Origin: a virus
Virus genome (UHGV): UHGV-0072281
DNA: 64,000 nucleotides
Direction: 5' to 3' (one strand)
This document shows, piece by piece, positions 37,456 through 45,021 of this stretch (the first letter of the stretch is position 1; every line of letters begins with the position of its first letter). The translations under genes were made by a program, and so were the position numbers. Under the pieces are notes generated by a model. That model worked only from the letters and a program-made list of their open reading frames with translations. It had not been told where the DNA came from and did no database searches.

Positions 37456-37599
37456 ATGATTTCTGTAAAACACAAAAAAGCTATCTTCGCTGTTGTTATC
37501 GCTGTTGTTCTGGGTTGCCTGTACCTGGATATCGACAAAGGCTACGACACTTGCATCGACAACGGTAATTCCGTTGCGCAGTGCACTGGTCGTGGTTAA
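37456..37599 (+). CDS. small membrane protein (47 aa), not in the ORF track
   Basis: MISVKHKKAIFAVVIAVVLGCLYLDIDKGYDTCIDNGNSVAQCTGRG. It has TAGGAG upstream, one hydrophobic helix and a UUCG-loop terminator immediately after. Confidence 0.6.
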   Translation: MISVKHKKAIFAVVIAVVLGCLYLDIDKGYDTCIDNGNSVAQCTGRG

Positions 37600-37604
37600 T
37601 GTAT

Positions 37605-37634
37605 AAGGCACCTTCGGGTGCCCTTAATTTTTTT
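37605..37634 (+). terminator. intrinsic terminator
   Basis: ggcacc-ttcg-ggtgcc hairpin followed by a run of 7 T. Confidence 0.8.
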
Positions 37635-37653
37635 ATTAATTGGAGCATAAACG

Positions 37654-38469
37654 ATGATTACTATTAAAGATTATTTTCCGCGTGGGTTGAGCAATGAAAA
37701 CTTCGTTCCAACTGAAGACATTGCCATCGTTGCAGAGTCCAGCGATAAGTCTTTTAAACTCTACTTGAGTACGGCAGCAGGAAAATCCACTCTTATCCTT
37801 CGTGAACCTGAAGTGATAAGCATCTGCTCGTTTGGGGGTGGTGTAGAAGGAACGATTAACTGGTTGAAATCCAGAATGCATCGTTTGCTTATCGTGAATA
37901 CCGATCCTGTGATTCGTTTACAGCAATTGAAATCGTTGAATGAAATTATCGTCGGATTATTGGAACATGAAACGTTTGGTAATGCTGAGATTGCGGAAGC
38001 GATTAAATCTGTAGAACTAATCGAGTGGAGCGATATCGAATACGAACGTGCTGGGTTATTCGCAATGTACGGTGATGATAATCCCGTTGCGTTTGCACAA
38101 ACGTTGGATAATGTTACCGTAACAGCGCGCGTATTGTTTGGTTTACAACGTGTTGAGTTTGAACTGAAACACGTCTACGTGAGCAATAAACCGGAGATGG
38201 TGGAGACATTGATTCGTGCTTTCGCATACCCGTTAGACGGTGAATGGGAACAGCAGATTAATGAAGCGTTAGAAGCCATGCATTTCCTGGCTGAAACGTT
38301 AAGGAAGGATGAGAAATTGAAAGGTCGTGTTTATCCAGAACACGATTTTGTTTGTGAAGAATGTGGAGCACAGTATCAAATCCGTGTTCCTTTAACCGGC
38401 CTAACATTCCCGCAAGCCAACGTGCAATGTAAGGAATGTGGTCATGTTCAATACGTAGCGATTAAATAA
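37654..38469 (+). CDS. hypothetical protein (271 aa) with a C-terminal zinc-ribbon-like CxxC...CxxC
   Basis: ORF with TGGAGC upstream. The C-terminus reads CEECGAQY...CKECGH. Confidence 0.75.
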   Translation: MITIKDYFPRGLSNENFVPTEDIAIVAESSDKSFKLYLSTAAGKSTLILREPEVISICSFGGGVEGTINWLKSRMHRLLIVNTDPVIRLQQLKSLNEIIVGLLEHETFGNAEIAEAIKSVELIEWSDIEYERAGLFAMYGDDNPVAFAQTLDNVTVTARVLFGLQRVEFELKHVYVSNKPEMVETLIRAFAYPLDGEWEQQINEALEAMHFLAETLRKDEKLKGRVYPEHDFVCEECGAQYQIRVPLTGLTFPQANVQCKECGHVQYVAIK

Positions 38470-38474
38470 AAGCA

Positions 38475-38518
38475 ACCCCTAATCCCGAAAAGGATTAGGG
38501 GTACACTTTATTTATTTT
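38475..38518 (+). terminator. intrinsic terminator
   Basis: acccctaatcc-cgaaaa-ggattaggggt hairpin followed by a T-rich tail. Confidence 0.8.
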
Positions 38519-38541
38519 CGCTCTTAAAAGGAAATTGTGTC

Positions 38542-38697
38542 ATGAGAAATGTTAATGCAATGCTTAACCAGGCATTTGTTAACCAACAGCGTTTTCAGGA
38601 ACGCTTAGCACAACTTAAAACACAACACAGACCACCACAACAAAGAGTGGTTAAGAGCAAGTTCGGCGAAATGGTTTTCGAAAGAAAATCTTTCTAA
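38542..38697 (+). CDS. small basic Gln/Asn-rich protein, paralog 1 of 3 (51 aa), not in the ORF track
   Basis: MRNVNAMLNQAFVNQQRFQERLAQLKTQHRPPQQRVVKSKFGEMVFERKSF. It has AAAGGA upstream and a terminator hairpin after it, and shares ERL...FERKS with its neighbours. Confidence 0.55.
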   Translation: MRNVNAMLNQAFVNQQRFQERLAQLKTQHRPPQQRVVKSKFGEMVFERKSF

Positions 38698-38705
38698 TAA
38701 CCGTT

Positions 38706-38730
38706 AGGGGTGTGACAGCACCCCTTTTTA
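38706..38730 (+). terminator. intrinsic terminator after small ORF 1
   Basis: aggggtg-tgacag-cacccct hairpin followed by ttttta. Confidence 0.7.
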
Positions 38731-38731
38731 C

Positions 38732-38818
38732 GCTTTAACTTTTCCAAAGAGAAGTTAAAGCAGTAAGGACTGTTGGCGCAGTCCTTACTTGTCATCGCTA
38801 TTACAGAAACGTGATAGC
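38732..38818 (+). other. three consecutive stable hairpins of unknown function (possible structured RNA)
   Basis: Three stems: 10 bp at 38732-38761 (gctttaactt/aagttaaagc), 11 bp at 38762-38789 (agtaaggactg/cagtccttact) and 8 bp at 38797-38818. No ORF covers them. Confidence 0.4.
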
Positions 38819-38847
38819 ACAATTCTAATTTTTAGAGGCGATCAGAA

Positions 38848-39015
38848 ATGTTCGACAGTATTACACAAATTTTTAACACTACCGTAAACAATCACGCTCA
38901 GCAAGCGAAGTTTAATGAACGATTAAGGGAAGTTCAACAATTAGGATTAAATAAAAGATTAAAATCTTCCAATAATCCTCGAGTACAGATCTTCACCGAA
39001 AGGAGAAGTAACTGA
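38848..39015 (+). CDS. small basic Gln/Asn-rich protein, paralog 2 of 3 (55 aa), not in the ORF track
   Basis: MFDSITQIFNTTVNNHAQQAKFNERLREVQQLGLNKRLKSSNNPRVQIFTERRSN. It has AGAGG upstream and shares QLG.NKRLK.S.N...QI.TE.RS with paralog 3. Confidence 0.6.
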   Translation: MFDSITQIFNTTVNNHAQQAKFNERLREVQQLGLNKRLKSSNNPRVQIFTERRSN

Positions 39016-39022
39016 TAAAAAC

Positions 39023-39053
39023 AAGGTGAGCTGTTGGAGCAGCTCACCTTTTA
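39023..39053 (+). terminator. hairpin/terminator after small ORF 2
   Basis: aaggtgagctg-ttggag-cagctcacctt hairpin with a short T tail. The ctg-ttgg.g-cag core resembles the hairpin at 38762-38789. Confidence 0.55.
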
Positions 39054-39111
39054 CAACGCCATTACGTTTCCGTAATGGATTTCTTTAATCACCCTACAAA
39101 GAGGGCTTACC

Positions 39112-39285
39112 ATGAACAATGGTTACTACTTTACTGACAAAATGCTTGCAGAACAATATGCAGCAAAAACCAATTTACAGCAACGTATCTACGAGTATAG
39201 TCAACTCGGTGCGAATAAACGATTAAAACCATCAACCAACCGTTTCACACAGATAATCACTGAAAAAAGGAGTGAACGCTACTAA
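39112..39285 (+). CDS. small basic Gln/Asn-rich protein, paralog 3 of 3 (57 aa), not in the ORF track
   Basis: MNNGYYFTDKMLAEQYAAKTNLQQRIYEYSQLGANKRLKPSTNRFTQIITEKRSERY. It has AGAGGG upstream and is followed by a hairpin at 39294-39315. Confidence 0.6.
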   Translation: MNNGYYFTDKMLAEQYAAKTNLQQRIYEYSQLGANKRLKPSTNRFTQIITEKRSERY

Positions 39286-39420
39286 CTAATAAAAGGGGGT
39301 GTGCTACCACCCCCTACTTAGTTCAGCAGTTGTCTTTCGTTCATAAATATTAGATGTCTTGTTTTTTTTTGCTTTTCGGGACGCATAAGGGGTCGTAGGG
39401 GGAGCCGAAGCTCCCCAGAC

Positions 39421-40983
39421 TCAAAAGAGTTCGTCACCCATACCGCCTGTAAAGACGTTAATCGACGATGCAGTCACTGTTTCTTCTTTATCGCAATCCC
39501 ATGGCAGAATGCCAACTTCACGGAAAGGTATTACTGTATAATGGTAAGCTTCTTTAGTATCGATAATTGTACGGTGTTTACCACGTTGTACTTCTAAGTA
39601 ACTATGCCCATTGACAACACGTTTGTTAAAATACATCTCACCGTCAGCTTCGTTATCCAAGCTGGAGCAGTTATCGTAAAGACCGCGACCTGGTAAGTTC
39701 TTACAGAAACTTGCTGGGTCTAACGCTTTTAATTTTTTGCCTTCTGGTGAGATTTGGTGTGGCGCTAACAAGAAACCACGGTTACGTACTACCTGGATGT
39801 TTCGAGCGATACGATAAATTTCTTTAATGTCGCTACCGGCAATCCCGTTACCGTGACCTGCTTTACTGATAGTCCCGAAATAGTCTCCGCGAATCCCAGC
39901 TACATGATAACCTCGACGCTTTAAGTCCAGTATTAAGTCGTTTAAGTAATGTATTTTAAAATCTGAGTTTGTGTGTTTCTGAAAGATGTACTCCCAACCG
40001 TTAGCCCGCATTTTACTACAGAGGTAGTCCGACATTTTTGTGTTGTGTAAAGCTTTCTCTTCGTCGGTAGCGTTTTCAGAAGCAACCATAACCGGTGCTT
40101 CACCTTCAAAATGACCGTAGAGCGCTTGGTACGCATACGCCAAATTAACGTCCAGTTCGTTCTCTAAACTTAAATCGAGAATAACCGGCTGTAAATCCCC
40201 TTTAACGTTTTCCATTACCTTTTCAGGCGTATTGAATACCGGAATACTGATAGACAACAACAGACTAAAAAGCGATTTACAGTTAAAGGGCAGTGCAGGC
40301 ATTAGCCAAAGTTCTTCAGTAATCCCTTTGTTACAACCCAACATCTGGTTAATGGCTTTCCATCCGGTACGTAAACCATTACCCGCTGCTTTCTTACTGA
40401 TTGAGTCGAACACATGTACGAACGGTGCACGGTTATCCGTAATAAGTTCACCTACGAGTGAGGGAATCTTATTATGAGAGCGTTCACTGAACGTAGAGAG
40501 ACTATCTCTGAGGTCGTTGAGCGCTGTTTGTAAATCAACGCGCGTTTCGGTTCCGTTCAGTGCGCCTAACGTACGACCTAATTTTTGTTTCAGTTGTACG
40601 CCTTGAATAGCTTGACGTAATTGGAAGTAGTATTGTGCTACTTGACGGTTAAGATGCTCGATGCGTGCTTCTGGTTCTTCTGGAATATCATCTTCCAGGA
40701 ATTTGGTAATCGTATCGTATAGAGGACGTATTTGCGTAGTGGCCAGTTTCAAACGTTTCATGACGTTTGTGTGGTCGTAAGGCATACCGCCGTCTATGAT
40801 GGATGTGATGATATCCTTGATTTCGACGAGGGCGGCACGTTCGTCACCTTCCTCTACGTAATCAGGAAGCTTAGCCTCTAACAGCACTTTTCTTATGACC
40901 TCGTGATCCTTCTCAGGGTCGGTCAGCAGACTTTCAGTGTATAGTGTGGCTAATGCGGTTATCAACATCATTTTGTTATTCAT
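39421..40983 (-). CDS. hypothetical protein (520 aa); C-terminal half loosely resembles a DnaB/RecA-type ATPase core with a degenerate P-loop
   Basis: FLLAPHQISPEGKK and LDNEADGEMYFNKR...LEVQRGKHR resemble the DnaB-family SQLNR and ADxVxxLxR...KxRxG motifs. The Walker A position reads PFNCKS, with no GKS/T. Confidence 0.7.
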   Translation of the reverse strand: MNNKMMLITALATLYTESLLTDPEKDHEVIRKVLLEAKLPDYVEEGDERAALVEIKDIITSIIDGGMPYDHTNVMKRLKLATTQIRPLYDTITKFLEDDIPEEPEARIEHLNRQVAQYYFQLRQAIQGVQLKQKLGRTLGALNGTETRVDLQTALNDLRDSLSTFSERSHNKIPSLVGELITDNRAPFVHVFDSISKKAAGNGLRTGWKAINQMLGCNKGITEELWLMPALPFNCKSLFSLLLSISIPVFNTPEKVMENVKGDLQPVILDLSLENELDVNLAYAYQALYGHFEGEAPVMVASENATDEEKALHNTKMSDYLCSKMRANGWEYIFQKHTNSDFKIHYLNDLILDLKRRGYHVAGIRGDYFGTISKAGHGNGIAGSDIKEIYRIARNIQVVRNRGFLLAPHQISPEGKKLKALDPASFCKNLPGRGLYDNCSSLDNEADGEMYFNKRVVNGHSYLEVQRGKHRTIIDTKEAYHYTVIPFREVGILPWDCDKEETVTASSINVFTGGMGDELF

Positions 40984-40996
40984 GGAGCATCCTTAA

Positions 40997-41521
40997 ATGC
41001 AAATTCGTTTTAGTCCACCGTGGGAAGTTCAGCCTAACATAGATAAAGGCGCTGCCGTTAAAAGTGTAGAATTGCTCCAGGCAGGGTTCTTTAACTGGTT
41101 ATATGACTGTCCGAATGGTTTCAGTTCTATCATCTTACCTGAAGTAAGTCGTTCTGCTATTTATAAAGCGTTAATGGCTCCGCCTGTACTTCCAGGTAAA
41201 TATTATGATCAGGTGTTACGTCTGGTCGAATCAGGCGAAAAGGTTTCCCTTGACGATTTATATGGGGAAACAATTCCTTGTCGCTTACGCTGGGTCTTTA
41301 CCCAACGTGGTGATACGATTGTGGCGTCATTTGCAGAAGCGAAGTCCGGTTCGGGTTTTTCTTCGGGTGAAGACCACGCTGCGAAAAAGATGTTCTGCGC
41401 AGAACTTTTTAAATATATGCGTACCAAGACTCGCGTCGTGGATGACTGCTTCAGTACCTCAACGCAGTTTGCCGCTAACGAAGTGCTGACGCAATTATAC
41501 GCATGTCATTTATCTCATTAA
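40997..41521 (+). CDS. hypothetical protein (174 aa)
   Basis: ORF separated by only 13 nt from the divergent gene 39421-40983. Confidence 0.7.
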   Translation: MQIRFSPPWEVQPNIDKGAAVKSVELLQAGFFNWLYDCPNGFSSIILPEVSRSAIYKALMAPPVLPGKYYDQVLRLVESGEKVSLDDLYGETIPCRLRWVFTQRGDTIVASFAEAKSGSGFSSGEDHAAKKMFCAELFKYMRTKTRVVDDCFSTSTQFAANEVLTQLYACHLSH

Positions 41522-41533
41522 GGTATTAAACAA

Positions 41534-43819
41534 ATGAAAGATACCCGAATCTCTAATTTAGAGAAACTCGTAGAAGCCGGTACTAGTCTGGCCCAAAACG
41601 TCATCGGCAACAACACCGCCAGCGAAATGTGGAAGACGATTGTTGCAGGCGAGTCCGTACGTAGCAACGCAAAAGTATTTGGCGCTCTGCGTGACGAAGC
41701 ATCACAGCACTATGCCAACGCTTTTGGCGGCAAGAAAATGTCTCATGCTGCGACCGTCGCTTCCGCAATGATTCTGGGCGTAGCTAACCACGGTAAAGAC
41801 CTGCAAGAACGTGTTGCCCAGGAATACGCTAAGCCGGAATTCCACACCAAGTATAACCTGGATATTGGTATCCCTGGTGCGCAAGGTGGTGATTGGGGTC
41901 GTGAGCGTATGGTTGTTGCTCAGGAATACTACAGCAACAAAGACTACGACAAAAACTTGGGCCTGACCTGGACCCTGAACGTACGTGCTCTGGAAACTCA
42001 GTCCAAGTTTGCTGAAACACTGTTCCCGACCATTACCGTTGACACCAACGATGTTGGTATTACCGTACGTACTAAAGTGACTACCGTTTCTCGCGGTATC
42101 ATGAACGCGCTGCTGAGCAAAGACGTCGTTGAAGATCATCGTCGTCCGCTGCACAACGCACTGACTGACCACACCGTTCTCCAGGACGAAGCGATCAACA
42201 TCGTTCCTTACGTAATGGAAACCGGTGAAAACCAGGAATACTTCGTAAGCGAAGATCTGGTTCCGAACGAAAAAGTTCGCCTGGGTCGTGTACCTCCGTA
42301 TCCGACTAACTACCTGAGCTTTGCAAACGACACGCTGAACCTGTTCCAGCTGTCTGCGCATCCGGGTATCGTTCAGGAAGGTTACGATGAAACTGATGAA
42401 ATCGCACCGGGTTGTGCTCTGGGCAGCCTGCTGATTTCTGTACGTAAACCGGCCGAAGAAGCGAAAGCGGGTAAATTCATCAAACTGCACGTTCGTGACA
42501 TGCAGTTCGCAACCTTCCAGCGTCCTGCTGAAGGTGACGGCCGTGAACTGGTTCTGCAATTCCGTCGTACCGCGTTCTCTCTGAATGCGAAAACCACTGA
42601 CTGGAAAGGCGACGCTATTCCGGCACTGCAAGCACTGGGCCAGAACTCCTACACCCTGCGCTACGTTATCACCATCACCATGTCCCTGTTCACCAGCGGC
42701 CAGTTCGGTGGTAAAGTAGACATTTCCGGCCACAAACTGGAAATCGAAGGTCTGTACGATGCAACTGGTAACAAAGTTGATACCAAGTCTGGTACCGGCA
42801 AAGTTATCCTGGATGGCCTGAAACTCGAACTGATGGGCTGGCGCTTCGATGGTACTCGTACCAACGAAAACCGTCGTACCCAGGGTCTGCTGCTTGACCC
42901 AATTTGGGAACAGGAAAACTACAAACTGCAATACGGTTCTCCGATTCTGACCAAGTCTCCGGTTGGTGTTGAATACGACGACACTGAACGTCTGGATGAC
43001 CTGATCTCTGCGGTGAACATCCGTAACGAACAGCTGGCTATTACTCAGACGCTGTCTTACACTGAAGCAGTACGTAACGCAGCCGCTGCGATGATCACTC
43101 CGTGGGACAAACCGGCTATCCGTGGTCTGGGCCGTCACTGGGTTGCTCCGTGGTTCAAAGAGTCTGACTACAAAGTCGATGAAGTTGTTCAGTCTCTGGA
43201 TACCAAAGAAGCGCTGATCAACGCTCGTCAGGGTCTGTTGCAGCGTATCGGTAGCCAGGTAACTCAGGCTATCCAGGATTCTCGTTTCATTCCTGCACTG
43301 CGCCTGCTGACCGCTGATCCGGACATTCTTCCGAAAGTTATTATCGCAACTGACGAACCGACTGCATCCATGCTGCTGCTGGTTCAGGGCGACCAACGTC
43401 TGCTGGGCGACCGTTATGAATACGAAGTCGTTACCACCAACGATGACCGCTGGCGTATCTACAACGCAGCTGACGATTCCTGGACTCGTCGTCTGCAATG
43501 GTTCCTGAAAGTTCCGACTGCGGACGATGGTTCCTACTGCGTACTGAACTGGGGTAACCACTTCTGGTCTCCGATCATGGTTACCAACATCAACATTCAG
43601 CGTAACGGTTCTACTTCTAAAGAACTGGCTGTACAGCCGCGTAACGCGCATATCTGCCACTGCCCGATCACTGGTCTGATTTGGGTTAAAGGCATCACCA
43701 AACTGGTTGAAGAAAAACTGGCTTACAACGTTTCTGTAGAACAGAACGGCCAGAAACAAACCGAAGGTGGTGTAGCAGGTAACCTTGCTGTCGAAGGCAA
43801 AGCTACCGCTGGTAAATAA
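41534..43819 (+). CDS. putative major capsid protein precursor
   Basis: 761-aa ORF with the strongest codon bias in the window (685-codon stop-free antisense frame) and a strong terminator after it. The N-terminal part contains AGE-S and two AQE-Y sites matching the S/A/G-x-E cleavage rule recalled for phiKZ-type prohead proteases. The size is similar to what I recall for phiKZ-type capsid proteins. Confidence 0.55.
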   Translation: MKDTRISNLEKLVEAGTSLAQNVIGNNTASEMWKTIVAGESVRSNAKVFGALRDEASQHYANAFGGKKMSHAATVASAMILGVANHGKDLQERVAQEYAKPEFHTKYNLDIGIPGAQGGDWGRERMVVAQEYYSNKDYDKNLGLTWTLNVRALETQSKFAETLFPTITVDTNDVGITVRTKVTTVSRGIMNALLSKDVVEDHRRPLHNALTDHTVLQDEAINIVPYVMETGENQEYFVSEDLVPNEKVRLGRVPPYPTNYLSFANDTLNLFQLSAHPGIVQEGYDETDEIAPGCALGSLLISVRKPAEEAKAGKFIKLHVRDMQFATFQRPAEGDGRELVLQFRRTAFSLNAKTTDWKGDAIPALQALGQNSYTLRYVITITMSLFTSGQFGGKVDISGHKLEIEGLYDATGNKVDTKSGTGKVILDGLKLELMGWRFDGTRTNENRRTQGLLLDPIWEQENYKLQYGSPILTKSPVGVEYDDTERLDDLISAVNIRNEQLAITQTLSYTEAVRNAAAAMITPWDKPAIRGLGRHWVAPWFKESDYKVDEVVQSLDTKEALINARQGLLQRIGSQVTQAIQDSRFIPALRLLTADPDILPKVIIATDEPTASMLLLVQGDQRLLGDRYEYEVVTTNDDRWRIYNAADDSWTRRLQWFLKVPTADDGSYCVLNWGNHFWSPIMVTNINIQRNGSTSKELAVQPRNAHICHCPITGLIWVKGITKLVEEKLAYNVSVEQNGQKQTEGGVAGNLAVEGKATAGK

Positions 43820-43834
43820 TATCGAATAAAAAGT

Positions 43835-43873
43835 GTCTAAGCCCCAAAAGGGCTTAGACCTTTTATTTTTTTC
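43835..43873 (+). terminator. intrinsic terminator
   Basis: gtctaagccc-caaaa-gggcttagac hairpin followed by cttttattttttt. Confidence 0.9.
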
Positions 43874-43883
43874 TTTCTATTAT

Positions 43884-43911
43884 TTTTCGGATAGATATTA
43901 TTAAAGAGAGA
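43884..43911 (+). promoter_or_regulatory. candidate phage promoter (weaker variant)
   Basis: tttttcggatagatattattaaagagaga. Its core gatagatattat is identical to 1883-1894 and similar to gatatatattac at 29132 and 37387. Confidence 0.4.
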
Positions 43912-43937
43912 CTGTCAGTTGGTTTAAAGGAGAGTTT

Positions 43938-43988
43938 ATGGAAAAATTACAGTTAAAACTAAAGATATGTACCATTATTAAAACTTAA
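43938..43988 (+). CDS. 16-codon upstream ORF with a strong SD (possible leader peptide)
   Basis: TAAAGGAGAG lies 4 nt upstream of the ATG, and the ORF encodes MEKLQLKLKICTIIKT. It stops 12 nt before ATG 44001, which has no SD of its own. Confidence 0.35.
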   Translation: MEKLQLKLKICTIIKT

Positions 43989-44000
43989 TCTGGCCCTTAC

Positions 44001-45011
44001 ATGAACCGTCTTGATATTGATGTGGTACCCAGTGTTACTGACCGCTCGTTGTATCAAAAGTCAGGACTACAAAAACTCATCACTTTTGAGAATAATACTG
44101 GTGTGCCAATTTACGTCACTGAAACCAGTGGCGGTAGCTTTATTTTAACTCCGTCCAAAAGCACGGCTGATGAGCATGGGGTTGTTGTTTATGTAACGTA
44201 TCAATCGTTCGGAAATCTGGCTAACCTGAACGGGTTTGCAGAAGTCTTACCAGAAAAACAATTCACTAAATTTTGTGCAGATTTAAAGGAGAAAGGAGAG
44301 GTCACACTCCGATACGTCGTCGACGATATCGGTGCTTTATTACGTGGGGACTTGGTTGTATTGAAGCAGTTAGGATTTGCATTTTCAATTACACCAGTTC
44401 GATTAGAAAGTACACCACCGAGTGTAAGGCCAGGAGGTGAGAGAACTGAATTTACATTGGGTGTTATTGTTGTGCAGCGTTACGACGATCCCGAATTATA
44501 TCGTTGGATTAGATTCTACGGAACGCGCATGGAAGTACAACCGATTCTATCGCGGTATTACGAACCGGGTGTGTACATGGTAATAGGAGGAGGAGACAAA
44601 GTAGAAGGGAGCAGGATGATTCACTTTGAGTTCGATGACTTATTGTCACCGTTCCGTGTTTTTAAAGATAAAGAAACAGCCACTGCGTTTCGATGGCAAG
44701 AAACGTTACCGGATATTCACGAGATAAAGGAAAAGCTGGAAAGTCAATACAGAGAAAAATTAGAAAGTTTGGATTCGGCAAAAGACAAACTGGAATTAGA
44801 ACACAAAAAACAACTACAGAATTTGGCTTTAGAAAAGGAGCGTTTGACTCTAGCGTATAAACAACAAGAACTAGAAGCAAAGTCTCGGGCAGAGGCACGA
44901 AAAGAATTCTACGAGACTCGTTCTTACATTCGTAAAGATGGGTCAGACCTATTTAAATCAGTCCCTGCGTATCTGGCGGCGGGTGTCGCATTTATAGGGA
45001 TGCTAAAGTAA
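44001..45011 (+). CDS. hypothetical protein (336 aa) with a C-terminal coiled coil and a terminal hydrophobic anchor
   Basis: Contains the heptad-like stretch KEKLESQYREKLESLDSAKDKLELEHKKQLQNLALEKERL and ends in VPAYLAAGVAFIGMLK. Confidence 0.7.
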   Translation: MNRLDIDVVPSVTDRSLYQKSGLQKLITFENNTGVPIYVTETSGGSFILTPSKSTADEHGVVVYVTYQSFGNLANLNGFAEVLPEKQFTKFCADLKEKGEVTLRYVVDDIGALLRGDLVVLKQLGFAFSITPVRLESTPPSVRPGGERTEFTLGVIVVQRYDDPELYRWIRFYGTRMEVQPILSRYYEPGVYMVIGGGDKVEGSRMIHFEFDDLLSPFRVFKDKETATAFRWQETLPDIHEIKEKLESQYREKLESLDSAKDKLELEHKKQLQNLALEKERLTLAYKQQELEAKSRAEARKEFYETRSYIRKDGSDLFKSVPAYLAAGVAFIGMLK

Positions 45012-45021
45012 GGAGCGTGGC

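Noticed and set aside
38732-38818. Possible tRNA or tRNA-like gene in the three-hairpin cluster
   Set aside because: The stems are 8-11 bp rather than 4-5 bp. There is no acceptor stem, no GTTCGAATC-type T-loop and no plausible anticodon-loop geometry. No other intergenic region showed tRNA hallmarks either.
41702-43759. 685-aa minus-strand ORF antisense to the putative capsid gene
   Set aside because: It lies entirely inside a longer plus-strand ORF that has an SD, a terminator and sensible protein composition. Its translation is low-complexity and rich in V, F, R, Q and T. It is the expected stop-free shadow frame of a strongly codon-biased gene.
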